Sequence record: NC_061418.1
DNA length: 64,000 nucleotides
Reading direction: 5' to 3' (one strand)
Each line of letters starts with the position of its first letter. Position 1 is the first letter of the stretch. The notes under the pieces were generated by a model. The model saw only the letters and a program-made list of their open reading frames with translations, made no database searches and was not told the DNA's origin. Both the position numbers and the translations under genes were made by a program. Positions 44,442-54,316 of the stretch are shown one piece after another.

Positions 44442-45263
44442 TTAGTGTAGTCGTAATACGACGCAACTAGCGTCGAGATCAATCGCAGTGACCCCTTCGT
44501 TTTCTTTATCGGAGATAGCAAGGCGGTAAAAGTTGACCTCGTTCACTGCGCCCATTAATCGATCGCTGTAAACGGTTTCTTCAATCTCGGTTTTTCCGCT
44601 GGCAAACGTATAACCTTCGACCGTCCCGTAGCACATCGCAAGCATGGAACCGATAACGTAGTTCCATTCTGATTCCTGCCACGTTTCTCCCTGAAAGACA
44701 GAGAACAGGATTCTGGCGTTGGTTCTCTCTTCGATGAGTAAGAGCGCATCTTTACCAATGAAGTGCGGGTTATTCTGGTCAGCGTATTGATAGACCAACA
44801 AAGTTTTGCTGGTCTTGCTGTCCTTTATTTCAAAACCTTCTTCGATATTCCAAAAGATGAAATAATCTTCATTGTTCTTCGCCATCAGTTCGTAGAAATC
44901 TAAAATACCGTCAGCGTCAAAGGTGGGCCTGGCGTACACTCCACCATTGACGTAAGGGAACGGTGAGCCTTCGTTAAGTTCCTTTATCTGGAACACTGCA
45001 GCGACTACCGCGTCGTCCGGTATCGCATCGACATCCGACAGCAACAAAGAAACTTCTAGTAACGATAGCGAAGGTGTCTCGGTTTCAGGGACGCCGGTAA
45101 ACGATATCGCCCAAACCGTGTGACCACCGGTAGGGAACGTCATCGTGACGAGAATCGTCCCAATACCGATGTCACTCTTTTTAGGAAGCGGATGTATACT
45201 GACAGTACCCTTCGATTTCTCTGATGTAGACAAGCCCACTGCATTTTCAACTACCGTCTCCAT
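44442..45263 (-). CDS. Hypothetical protein
   Basis: 273-aa acidic ORF. Confidence 0.7.
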   Translation of the reverse strand: METVVENAVGLSTSEKSKGTVSIHPLPKKSDIGIGTILVTMTFPTGGHTVWAISFTGVPETETPSLSLLEVSLLLSDVDAIPDDAVVAAVFQIKELNEGSPFPYVNGGVYARPTFDADGILDFYELMAKNNEDYFIFWNIEEGFEIKDSKTSKTLLVYQYADQNNPHFIGKDALLLIEERTNARILFSVFQGETWQESEWNYVIGSMLAMCYGTVEGYTFASGKTEIEETVYSDRLMGAVNEVNFYRLAISDKENEGVTAIDLDASCVVLRLH

Positions 45264-45283
45264 TCCTACCCCCAGGTATAAAC

Positions 45284-45745
45284 TCAGTTTGTTTCTAATC
45301 TTTTAAACACAGCCGTATTTCTAACGCTATTAAAATATTGGAGCAACTGCGTCTTATCGGTAACAACAATGTTATACTTGTCTAAAATTTCCTGGAATAA
45401 AGCAGATAAGTTACCCAACTCATCAATGATTGGGATTTCGTTTAAGAGCCACCACCATCGCCCTTTGATCCGGGTGATTGCAGGCTGCCCCCAGACTAAC
45501 CCTTTCATCTCGAAATGATAATGCGAAGAAAGGTTCTCTTCTACCTGATTTAACAGGCTTCTAATCGGACCAGCTTCTTTACTCTTCCTGAGAATACGGT
45601 AAACAACGAGTGTTCCGTCAATGGCAACTACCACGCTATGTCGAATTGTCTTCGAGGAAAGCGAAAGGGTTAAAAGACAATCCGTGTCGTTCATTAAAGT
45701 GAGATCAAGAAGATGGCCATCGGTAAAACGAACTGTAGTACTCAT
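45284..45745 (-). CDS. Hypothetical protein
   Basis: 153-aa ORF, RBS GGAGG. Confidence 0.7.
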   Translation of the reverse strand: MSTTVRFTDGHLLDLTLMNDTDCLLTLSLSSKTIRHSVVVAIDGTLVVYRILRKSKEAGPIRSLLNQVEENLSSHYHFEMKGLVWGQPAITRIKGRWWWLLNEIPIIDELGNLSALFQEILDKYNIVVTDKTQLLQYFNSVRNTAVFKRLETN

Positions 45746-45775
45746 TCAACGCCTCCCGTGGCCAGTGTGTATTTA

Positions 45776-46462
45776 TTAGAGTAAATTCCAACGTTTTTCC
45801 ATTAATTCGCTAATGCGATCTTTGATTCGCGGACTGGCGATCCATGGCGGGTTGATCAGTTCAGAAATGACAATCCCGAGATCAGGGAGTTTTTTCAACA
45901 GCGCCGTAATCTGTCCGGTAGTGAATCCCTCTGGTGGTGTATTGATGTCGAGTTTACAATAGCGGCCAAAGTCATTCTCTTCTTTATCGAAGTACCAGTC
46001 CAGTTCCCCAATTATCCCGTTACCCAGATCAATCAGTGAGCGTCTTTTTTGGTAAAGACGTTCGCCGAACGGTAATGCCATTTCATACTCTTCTGGTGTA
46101 ATGACCTTTTCAAGTTCAATGCACCGAGATGTCTGAGTTTTAGCATCGTAAGGTAAACGATACTTCGTCGCCGCTTCATAAACCACTTGACCAGCAACGT
46201 CTTTGCTTTCGGAGAAAACTTCAGTTCGTCTAACCCGAACGGTAATGCGGGTATTGTTTGTTGTTAACGCATTCGTTTCTGATTGCGTTATTTGGTAATA
46301 GTCGCCTGTACTTTCTTTTAGTCTTCGGAAACTCGCCTCATCGACCTTAAAGAAAATGGCTACTTCATTTTCGTTACTCTTTTTATTACCCATGAAGAAG
46401 CTCGTTATTCTGTAGTTAATTTGGACGGTAGGGAACCACTGGTCATTTCGCCTACCTTGCAT
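45776..46462 (-). CDS. CYTH / triphosphate-tunnel-fold protein
   Basis: ENEV, VRVRR, YEAATKY, IELEK.I, KRR and ELDWY in canonical CYTH order. Confidence 0.65.
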   Translation of the reverse strand: MQGRRNDQWFPTVQINYRITSFFMGNKKSNENEVAIFFKVDEASFRRLKESTGDYYQITQSETNALTTNNTRITVRVRRTEVFSESKDVAGQVVYEAATKYRLPYDAKTQTSRCIELEKVITPEEYEMALPFGERLYQKRRSLIDLGNGIIGELDWYFDKEENDFGRYCKLDINTPPEGFTTGQITALLKKLPDLGIVISELINPPWIASPRIKDRISELMEKRWNLL

Positions 46463-46566
46463 AAGTAACGTCCGAAGGCCAAAAAAGAAACAGAAAAAAT
46501 AAAAAAAGAAGGTGTGAAAACACCTTCTTTCGTGACAGATGCACTATAAATAGCAAGAGGAATAAA

Positions 46567-47121
46567 TTATGAAAACCCGGCCAAAAGACGTTGGAAAGAA
46601 TTCAACTCTTTAATGTATTTAGCGAGCACCGCAGCCTTCAGTTGGATATCTAATCCAGGCGGGAGTTGTTCCTTCAGCCTGATCTGTCCGAACTGACTTT
46701 CGAACGTTGCGTAGAGAAAAACTTTACCAAGCTCTAACCGTAACCCTGCGTTGATCGCTCTTAACGGTAACGGATGTTTCTCGGTGAGAATGTCCCACTG
46801 CTCGGTGAACCCGCGAACGTTAAGGCAATACCCTCCTTCTGACGCGAGACGATTGATGTCGTCACCGGTCATGGAAAGATAGAGGTCTGCTATGTCAACC
46901 CCCAACTGGGTAACTGGGAATCGTTTGTTCGGTTCTTTCAGCGCGTATTTAAGTACCAGCGTACTGTAGTGTTCTTTGACGATGTTCTGAATATCAGTTT
47001 TCGCCTCTTTCGTTTTAAACGACGTCACTAACGAGCCGTAGTGTCGTAATTCATGGATGACGTTCCCTTGTGTCACGTAACTCTTCGCTCTAATTTTGCC
47101 CAGATCAAAATTATAGTACAT
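46567..47121 (-). CDS. Hypothetical protein
   Basis: 184-aa ORF, RBS AAGGAG. Confidence 0.7.
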   Translation of the reverse strand: MYYNFDLGKIRAKSYVTQGNVIHELRHYGSLVTSFKTKEAKTDIQNIVKEHYSTLVLKYALKEPNKRFPVTQLGVDIADLYLSMTGDDINRLASEGGYCLNVRGFTEQWDILTEKHPLPLRAINAGLRLELGKVFLYATFESQFGQIRLKEQLPPGLDIQLKAAVLAKYIKELNSFQRLLAGFS

Positions 47122-47155
47122 TACTCGCTCCTTATTTACTGGCGTGGCGGTACGG

Positions 47156-47608
47156 TTATTGACCAGCGATTAACGCGTTCTCTAACACCAAACGAAGAAT
47201 CTTATCGTTCAGGTCGTCACGGTTAGTGGGCGAAGTAATCCGCTTTTTACGCAGTCCTTCTGCGACCGTTCCCGTATTGAACTCGAGTGTAAGGTAGCCC
47301 ACGTCTTCTTTCTTGTCTTCCAGCCAACGATATTCATACTCGAATTTTCTGTCATCATACGCGACAGGGTGGCGAGAAACAATACGGTAGGTGCGGCACA
47401 TCACTTTATTTTGAAGATCACTGTAGAGCTTGTAGATCTCCATTTTAGTGACTTGACCTTTGACTTCCCGGTAATTCTCTGCCGAGAGTTCCGCGATCAG
47501 TTTACCGTCCTTTGCCAAGAGCAGGTTTCCGTGATGGATAGTCGCAACCATCCCGTCTTCACGGCGCTCTTGTAGACCGGCGCAGCCTGTTAGTTCAAAT
47601 GTAATCAC
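47156..47608 (-). CDS. Hypothetical protein
   Basis: 150-aa ORF. Confidence 0.65.
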   Translation of the reverse strand: MITFELTGCAGLQERREDGMVATIHHGNLLLAKDGKLIAELSAENYREVKGQVTKMEIYKLYSDLQNKVMCRTYRIVSRHPVAYDDRKFEYEYRWLEDKKEDVGYLTLEFNTGTVAEGLRKKRITSPTNRDDLNDKILRLVLENALIAGQ

Positions 47609-48113
47609 TGAGTAATCCTTTAAAAAGTTTGAAAGCTTCTGGTTGGTAACCGATTTGTTCTGGGGCTTCCGAAGGACTGAGAAGGTAAAACCGATTCTCC
47701 TCGTCTTCTTGCCAAAGGAAATGATCCCGATAATCTAATAACCCATCAGGGTATAAAAGATCGTAATAATAATCCCCTACTTTCAATAACGAATGACCAA
47801 AACAAAAATCAGTCGGCGTATTGTCGTCGTAAGAAATCTCTTGGTAATAAAATAAAAATTCTTCCGGGTGATCGGTACACAGTTCTTTACCTAAATCACT
47901 GATGGCTAAGCAACACCCTGAATAGACTTCGCCAGGGCCTTGATCCGCTGAACCGTATAACCAGATATCAAAATCATCGCCTGGAACAAAACCGATTTCT
48001 TTCGCCCGCACTATCCCCCAGTCCCAACAATGTTGACCGAGATTTAGGTTGTTAGTCAGAAAGAACTCCTTGTAGACTTTCCTCAACAAATGCAGGTATT
48101 CACTTGTCGTCAT
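47595..48113 (-). CDS. Putative Cys-His-Asp fold protein, distant relative of 12585-13265
   Basis: Likely start MTTSEY at 48113; GQHCWDW...GHSLLKVGDYYYDLLYPDG. Confidence 0.5.
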   Translation of the reverse strand: MTTSEYLHLLRKVYKEFFLTNNLNLGQHCWDWGIVRAKEIGFVPGDDFDIWLYGSADQGPGEVYSGCCLAISDLGKELCTDHPEEFLFYYQEISYDDNTPTDFCFGHSLLKVGDYYYDLLYPDGLLDYRDHFLWQEDEENRFYLLSPSEAPEQIGYQPEAFKLFKGLLSDYI

Positions 48114-48114
48114 C

Positions 48115-48459
48115 TTATTCGATCCTGTCGGTGTAATTTCCGTACCACCATCCATCCGGCGCCAACGTGACAACGATCCGACTTCCGCCTTCCAATGGAA
48201 TCCATTCCTTATCAAAAACGTATTTAACAGGCCATGATGTCTCGTTGGCACGGACGCGTCTTCCCACGTTACTCTCTAAAGGAAGAAACCGGAATCGAAA
48301 CATTTCTTTATTTTCCAGGGTTCCAATTTCTACCTTGACGTCAGGTATTCGACAACTTCTACGAACCGCCCGGGAAAAGGTAGCGATGATTCTTTTTTCA
48401 TTGCGATAAAATTTAACACAAGGTGTAGTTTTAATTATACTCATAGGCAATTTCATCAA
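48115..48459 (-). CDS. Hypothetical basic protein
   Basis: 114-aa ORF. Confidence 0.55.
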   Translation of the reverse strand: MMKLPMSIIKTTPCVKFYRNEKRIIATFSRAVRRSCRIPDVKVEIGTLENKEMFRFRFLPLESNVGRRVRANETSWPVKYVFDKEWIPLEGGSRIVVTLAPDGWWYGNYTDRIE

Positions 48460-48524
48460 AAAAACCCTCTTAACGATTATAGAACCTCTAGAGACGGAAA
48501 CGTCTCTAGAGGGGAGTATTTTAT

Positions 48525-49205
48525 TCAGCGAGGTGAATGGTTATCTGCAAGGGCTATAGGTAACTGGTTCTGAAACGCGTAAAGCGTGACTTCCTGTTTA
48601 TACGCCTTGCGGTGATTTGAAACGACGGAGTTGACGTATTGCTTGAATCCGGCAACTGTGCGGGGTTTACCTTTATCAGTGTAGAAGTACGCGCGATTAC
48701 CTGCTGCGCCTCCTGCCACCCTTACCGCTAACCGATCATTTCGTGCCTTCAATATTTTCACTGCACCGCCGGGTCCTAACAGATGGGCCATGTAGATTTC
48801 ATTGATCCCGACCTGACGCTGGAGTGAACGCTCTAAAAACTCTTTGTTCTCCTTCATGTACGCTACCGCCATAAGCGTGTTCGCACGTGAGTTTTTTACA
48901 CTGGTTCCGGGTTTGACCCCGTACTGTTTACCGTACTTCTTTACCGTGGCTCGCCACGTTCGATCTGTAAAACCAAATAGTCCTTTTGCTGAAGAGTGTT
49001 TATTGTGCATACCGGCGCCCATCGTACTTTCAATGGAAGCCATGGTAACCAAGTCAATCATTTTAACGTCGGTTTTTTGAGATACTCGATATAAGGTATC
49101 GCTATGCTTTGCAAAGCCTACGCTATTAGTCGAGACAGATGCGGTTGCTGGGGTAGCAATAATGCTTACCAGGCAAAGGACAAGCGCCCAGAAATAGTTT
49201 GGCAT
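48525..49205 (-). CDS. Lytic transglycosylase (SLT, phiKZ gp144-like catalytic domain) with signal peptide
   Basis: N-terminal signal peptide; catalytic ASIES, SAKGLFGF...TW, YMAHLLGPGGA. Confidence 0.85.
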   Translation of the reverse strand: MPNYFWALVLCLVSIIATPATASVSTNSVGFAKHSDTLYRVSQKTDVKMIDLVTMASIESTMGAGMHNKHSSAKGLFGFTDRTWRATVKKYGKQYGVKPGTSVKNSRANTLMAVAYMKENKEFLERSLQRQVGINEIYMAHLLGPGGAVKILKARNDRLAVRVAGGAAGNRAYFYTDKGKPRTVAGFKQYVNSVVSNHRKAYKQEVTLYAFQNQLPIALADNHSPR

Positions 49206-49301
49206 TTCTCATATTTCCTATTCAAATCAAAAGAAAGCCAAGGTAACCCTTGGTTACGTATCTCAACGTAACCGGGCATACCCTGACTATAGAAAGGCGA
49301 A

Positions 49302-49949
49302 CTATTGTACCGAAATCACCCGCTCTTTCATCAAAGGGAAATCAAGATTCGTCCGGAAATCGACAATCTCGTGATCAAAGAAGCTGATATAGACGCGTTC
49401 ACGGTCAACCAGATTACCAATAACAAAACGCGTAGTACCGAGTCGGATATGTTCCGCGACGACACTGAATGCGTACAGCAGCTCACCCGGATTAAACGGT
49501 ATACTGTTCCCCTCGACGTTATCGACAGGCAATGACAATACTTCTGCCGCCACGAAGATGTGTGTTGTTCCTCGATGCCACCATGCGTATTTGTGCACGC
49601 CTTCTTTCACCTTCAACATCACCGCAGGAATATCCGGGCGAGTGAGATCAAGAGCAATCTGCTGCACTGTTGGGAAAGTCGCACAGAGTTCAAAGAGTAC
49701 CCAGAAGAGATCTTTGTGATCCTCTCCTACCGCTGCATTCAGTTCCTCAATAGCGGTTGCGCTACCGTACTGACCGATAACACTACTGAAGACAACGGGT
49801 TCGTCCAATAACTTGCTCCCTGGGTGTGGCACGTTCTCGAAGTTTTGAGTTTCTTCCGCACTGATTGGAACGGTCAGGGTCAAAGTTTCCGTAGCGTTAT
49901 CCAACGTGAAGTTACCGGTCTGGAAGATTTTAAGTTCTGGTTTACTCAT
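49302..49949 (-). CDS. Hypothetical protein
   Basis: 215-aa ORF. Confidence 0.7.
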   Translation of the reverse strand: MSKPELKIFQTGNFTLDNATETLTLTVPISAEETQNFENVPHPGSKLLDEPVVFSSVIGQYGSATAIEELNAAVGEDHKDLFWVLFELCATFPTVQQIALDLTRPDIPAVMLKVKEGVHKYAWWHRGTTHIFVAAEVLSLPVDNVEGNSIPFNPGELLYAFSVVAEHIRLGTTRFVIGNLVDRERVYISFFDHEIVDFRTNLDFPLMKERVISVQ

Positions 49950-50148
49950 TTTCTTTTCCGTATTAAGGTTAGTCTAACAAATCAAGAGAAGGTAACGTGA
50001 CTTTGCAAATCGAAGTCAAGGTCAACTACTTAACCGTTATGACTTTTAGAGTCATAACTCTAAGGATGGACCTACGGTCTAATTAACGCACAGGCTTCGC
50101 CGTGCGAAGGTCAACAGATAAATATAAATAAATTTATTTTTCGATGAA

Positions 50149-50556
50149 TCAACTTTTGTACAACGCGATTACCTTCAAAATCTCACTGACCATCGAATCG
50201 GGAAGTTTGAAATCGTTCCGTTCCATTTGTTCCTTAAAGAGACGAATCTCTTTCAATGACCGATCCACTCGTAAACCGAAACGATCTCCTAACCAGAACA
50301 ACATCGGGTTTTTCATAAAACGTTTCAGTAGGCGTTGCTCGGGTTCCGTCAGTTCGTCAAACGTCCGTAAGACTTTAATGCGTAAGAGCAGCGGACGGCG
50401 TTTCGGGGATTCTAAGTAACGAGAGAGACGTTCAAAGAGTTCATTGTCAGAAATCTCTGGATTTTTCTCAGAAGGGATTAACCGATCGATATAGTCATCA
50501 CTGAATCCAAAAGAGCGAAGGAAACGTTCCGCAACGTCATAGTGGCGAATGGCCAT
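50149..50556 (-). CDS. Hypothetical protein
   Basis: 135-aa ORF with RBS GAGGAG and promoter motif at 50590-50597. Confidence 0.7.
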   Translation of the reverse strand: MAIRHYDVAERFLRSFGFSDDYIDRLIPSEKNPEISDNELFERLSRYLESPKRRPLLLRIKVLRTFDELTEPEQRLLKRFMKNPMLFWLGDRFGLRVDRSLKEIRLFKEQMERNDFKLPDSMVSEILKVIALYKS

Positions 50557-50589
50557 GGTAATACTCCTCTAGTTAGTACATTCAATAAC

Positions 50590-50597
50590 GTGATATA
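50590..50597 (-). promoter_or_regulatory. Putative early promoter motif TATATCAC
   Basis: Context TATATCACGTTATTGAA. Confidence 0.55.
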
Positions 50598-50650
50598 GTT
50601 TTTAATTCAATTTGAAACAAAAAAAAAGAAAGGGGCGAACCCCTCTCTTT

Positions 50651-51016
50651 TCAGCTGATCGGAACGATCTCGAGAAACCGTTTACTGACAGTAATACGGC
50701 TCCGTTTTCGTTTCGCCAACGCACGTTCCAGCACCGCCCGCAGTTTGATTGCTTGTAGCCGGGTTAAGTCCCAGACAATCTCTTTGCGCGTGACACATTT
50801 CCAGAACCCCCAGTAAGCGCCCGTGGAGATACGGATGATATTGTTCTCAGAAGCGATGAGACGCTCTCTCAGCGTCGGTAATTCCAACGTCAGTAAATGA
50901 CCAGGGGTTTTGATAGAGTCGGTTAGCTTGTCATTCAGCGCGTTATAGAGCGCTTTCATTTCACGGGGCTCGATAACCATATCTCGATACCCGTAAACTT
51001 GAATCTCAACGGCCAT
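50651..51016 (-). CDS. Hypothetical protein, paralog of 51006-51371
   Basis: WDLTRLQAIKLRAVLERALAKR. Confidence 0.7.
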   Translation of the reverse strand: MAVEIQVYGYRDMVIEPREMKALYNALNDKLTDSIKTPGHLLTLELPTLRERLIASENNIIRISTGAYWGFWKCVTRKEIVWDLTRLQAIKLRAVLERALAKRKRSRITVSKRFLEIVPIS

Positions 51017-51371
51017 TTTTATTTACCGCCATCAGCTGAATTTGAGAAAAACGCACTTGGTTAAAAGACATCACCAGTCGATCAGATTGACGTTTCGCTA
51101 AGAAAGCTTCGCAACGTAACATCAAACGAAACGCCTGACTGCGAGTTAGCTTCCAGTAGTGACGATTGCCTAACCAGATCTGAAGAAGACCGTCGTCAAT
51201 ATCGATGACACGGACCAGAATATCTTCGCCCTGATTTTCTTCAAGGTCAGCGGCGATAGTCGCCCGGAGCTTTTTGGCGTAGTGACGACTAAGAACCATC
51301 TTAGGGACAATAGTATTTTCTTTTTCTTTCGCTGAGTCCCATTGTTTGGCAACGTTCTGAGTAAAGTTCAT
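51006..51371 (-). CDS. Hypothetical protein, paralog of 50651-51016
   Basis: WKLTRSQAFRLMLRCEAFLAKR. Confidence 0.7.
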   Translation of the reverse strand: MNFTQNVAKQWDSAKEKENTIVPKMVLSRHYAKKLRATIAADLEENQGEDILVRVIDIDDGLLQIWLGNRHYWKLTRSQAFRLMLRCEAFLAKRQSDRLVMSFNQVRFSQIQLMAVNKNGR

Positions 51372-51439
51372 TTTGAATTCCTTATTGGTTTAGTTAGCAT
51401 AGTCCTTCGGTCAAACGACCGAAGGAAGTGTAAATAGGA

Positions 51440-51829
51440 TTAAGCGGCTTCAGCCATTTTGATACGAATTTCTGAAGGGAAATCGAAACCAACTTCTTTC
51501 CCTGGGCGCAATGCTTCCTGACGAGAAGCAACTTCGATGCGAACGTTTTTACGAATCTGAATACCAAAGCCCAGATCGGTTTTGTAACATTCGATGTCAC
51601 GGTATTTATCGTTGGTGTTTTCAATGGCGTTCAGTAACAGCCATTTGATATCACCTTTACGGTCGAAGGCAATGTCTTGCAGCTGCGCATAAAGCGGGTA
51701 GTATTCGGTTTCGAAAAGAATCTGTGCCGGAGTATCGACGAATTCAGTTTCGTGGTAAAGCGCTCTCAGTAAACCGGCGATGCGAGCAGCGGTGATAGCG
51801 AGGGTTTGTTTATCAGTGAAAGTGATCAT
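51440..51829 (-). CDS. Hypothetical protein
   Basis: 129-aa ORF, RBS GGAG, followed by a hairpin. Confidence 0.7.
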   Translation of the reverse strand: MITFTDKQTLAITAARIAGLLRALYHETEFVDTPAQILFETEYYPLYAQLQDIAFDRKGDIKWLLLNAIENTNDKYRDIECYKTDLGFGIQIRKNVRIEVASRQEALRPGKEVGFDFPSEIRIKMAEAA

Positions 51830-51870
51830 TTTTGGATACTCCGGTAGAATTGTTGAGGTAAAAGAATGTC

Positions 51871-52191
51871 TTAGGAAATGTTTTTAACTAACCGTTTGAA
51901 GACGCCCGCATCGATAGTGAAGCAAACGATGCTCGCGGGTTCGACGTAATGATTGGTCAGCGTGAAGATGTAGTCGTCGTAGGTTTGCAGTATCTTCAAT
52001 GCCGCCTCGTAGACGCTATGGTCTGCTTTACGAACTAATACAACGGTGTTGTACGAATCCCCGGGCAGGAGAAGGCGATCGCCCAGCGCGTTGGCGTCAT
52101 CGTGGGAAAAGATCAGCTCGATACTGCGGACGTCGTTTGATTCGATATCGTTCTCGAGAAAGACCACGGAGTTCATTTTTGAAAAGCGCAT
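51871..52191 (-). CDS. Hypothetical protein
   Basis: 106-aa ORF. Confidence 0.6.
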   Translation of the reverse strand: MRFSKMNSVVFLENDIESNDVRSIELIFSHDDANALGDRLLLPGDSYNTVVLVRKADHSVYEAALKILQTYDDYIFTLTNHYVEPASIVCFTIDAGVFKRLVKNIS

Positions 52192-52200
52192 GTTTAACCT

Positions 52201-52878
52201 CTATTGGTTGAAAACGGAAATGAAGCGACTTACAACGCGAATACGACCTTTACCCGGACCACGTTTAATTGGGCTCGACAGCGTGAGACGATATGCTTTT
52301 ATTACATCGCCATCAAAATCTACAAAGCCAGGGGCGCTAGGTCCTTTATTTGCATAAAGACCAATGACCGGACTACCAGAAATACCATAACCATTACTTG
52401 GCTCCGTAGAAAACATAGAGTGGTTGGTGGTTTGCTCCGAAAGTCGGAGTAATGCTGCGACATCTTTATCGTTGATTGTGTCAGCGTCTTCAAAAACAAC
52501 GACTTTAGAATTATCGGGTGTGCCGTAGATATCTACCTGAGGAGTATCTTCGAGACGAACTACTTCAAACGGTTCTTCTGAAAGCGTAATAATTTCTTTC
52601 AATCCATCAATGATCGAAGACGCCGCAATAAGGGTTAACTCTTCCCCAGATGGTGTTGAATCACGAATAGAACCTCGCGTTGTTGATACAGAAATTAGCA
52701 TCCTTCTCACTGCGCTATTCATTATAAACACTTCGGTTAACGGTAGGTTGTAGAACACCTCTGCGCGCTGAATCAACTGGTAAGCAATTTCAATCCGGGA
52801 AATTTCCGTGTCCTTTACAGTGTCAAACCATGCCAGAATATCTTTAGCCGTTTCTACGGTTGTTTTTAAGTCAGTCAT
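52201..52878 (-). CDS. Hypothetical protein
   Basis: 225-aa ORF, RBS GAGGA. Confidence 0.7.
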   Translation of the reverse strand: MTDLKTTVETAKDILAWFDTVKDTEISRIEIAYQLIQRAEVFYNLPLTEVFIMNSAVRRMLISVSTTRGSIRDSTPSGEELTLIAASSIIDGLKEIITLSEEPFEVVRLEDTPQVDIYGTPDNSKVVVFEDADTINDKDVAALLRLSEQTTNHSMFSTEPSNGYGISGSPVIGLYANKGPSAPGFVDFDGDVIKAYRLTLSSPIKRGPGKGRIRVVSRFISVFNQ

Positions 52879-52985
52879 TTTCTTTTCCTCTAAGCTTAGT
52901 TATTCAGAAAGGTCTTTCCTTTCCTTCTTCACCTTGGCTATATATACATCAAAAAAACTGCATTTCATTCTCTTAGAAAGTTTTT

Positions 52986-54272
52986 ATGTTACCCATTCTA
53001 ATTTTGAAGGACACTGTTGTGGAAATCAAAAACCTTTTTGACGATCGTTTTAAGAACGTCGTTTACGATAGTCGCTTTGCCAGGGATGTCGCTGTTTTCA
53101 CGAAGACCTTCGAAAACAAAGGCGAACATGCAAACTTCTTTGGTAGCGGTCTACTCGGCACCGTCAGGATTCGTTGGACAAACACCGAAACCAACGGGTT
53201 CTTTGATGACATTTTAAAAATCGACCCCGATGACCTGAAAGCTGACATCGACGAACTGGATTGCATCGATCCAAGTCATATCGTGACTACGGACGCCTTT
53301 AACTTGATGATCGTCTACTGCGTCCATCGTGCGATGACCAGTGGTAAACTCTCAGCGGTACAACGAAAAGAAACCGCGATTAACCTGTTAAGAATTCTCC
53401 ACTTTAAATTCATCTGCGGGATCATCACCCGTTACTTCCCGCATGGAACAGACGTACAGATCGCACTGCGGACGTATGAGGCCATGACTAACCGCTTCGA
53501 CCTCAAGATCTACAAGACTTGGGGCAAACTCATTACGGCCCGCGCACAGTCAATTATTGAGCCTCACGGCATCCACGCGAAAACGATCCAGACCTTCACT
53601 GACGACGACGCTGTCAAGTACATGCTCTCGGATATCCAGACCCGTATTCGAACCGTGATCAAAACGTTAACGGCGCTCTATTACCAGGTCAGAGAAAACG
53701 ATGGTCGAGTTATCTCGGTCTCCAGTATGGTTGAGGTCGAGGGTAACCTCGAGCTGCGAGACGTTAAACGTGCCTTCCCGAAATACCGGCGTTACCTCTT
53801 TGAACAAATGACTGACCCGGCTAGTTTTATACGTTTGGAGTTAGTGGATATTCTGACAAAGAATGCCCCTTCGCAGAAAAAAGCGTTAATTGCCACGTTG
53901 CAATATACCAGCTTGCATGTCATTAACCCGGAAACGTTATTTAACACCAACCGTGGGAAAGAAGTTAAGCAGAGTAAAGAAACGCGTCAATTGGTTGAGT
54001 TTACGGAAAGAACGCTCGAATATACTTTCGACTTTATTCACGGTAAGGGAATCAACCCACGCAACCTCGTCGAGTTAATCGGCAGCATCAAAGCGGTATT
54101 GAACGCCTCCCGTAACAAAGAACCGGAGGTCATGTACCTCAGAACCGAAGGCGATAAGATTGTGCGTGCAGCCACCGGTAAACGCGAACCTACGCCAGTC
54201 TCTGCGGAACGAACATCGTTTATTCTGTATTTGATTCTGCGTACCCTGACAATGAACTACTACCAAAATTAA
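52986..54272 (+). CDS. Conserved structural protein (phiKZ gp32-like)
   Basis: 428 aa; H..FFG.GLLG, F.LK.YKTW.....ARA, LSDIQTRIR and RT.FILY.ILR segments typical of this phiKZ-like family (from memory). Confidence 0.65.
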   Translation: MLPILILKDTVVEIKNLFDDRFKNVVYDSRFARDVAVFTKTFENKGEHANFFGSGLLGTVRIRWTNTETNGFFDDILKIDPDDLKADIDELDCIDPSHIVTTDAFNLMIVYCVHRAMTSGKLSAVQRKETAINLLRILHFKFICGIITRYFPHGTDVQIALRTYEAMTNRFDLKIYKTWGKLITARAQSIIEPHGIHAKTIQTFTDDDAVKYMLSDIQTRIRTVIKTLTALYYQVRENDGRVISVSSMVEVEGNLELRDVKRAFPKYRRYLFEQMTDPASFIRLELVDILTKNAPSQKKALIATLQYTSLHVINPETLFNTNRGKEVKQSKETRQLVEFTERTLEYTFDFIHGKGINPRNLVELIGSIKAVLNASRNKEPEVMYLRTEGDKIVRAATGKREPTPVSAERTSFILYLILRTLTMNYYQN

Positions 54273-54316
54273 ACCAAAAAAAAAGAGAGGGGTAACCCTC
54301 TCTTTTTATATTTTCG

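Noticed and set aside
49950-50140. Small RNA in the hairpin-rich gap (GTTATGAC/GTCATAAC, CTTCGC/GCGAAG)
   Set aside because: The stems are short and isolated and could be terminators or processing sites; there is not enough nested structure to call.
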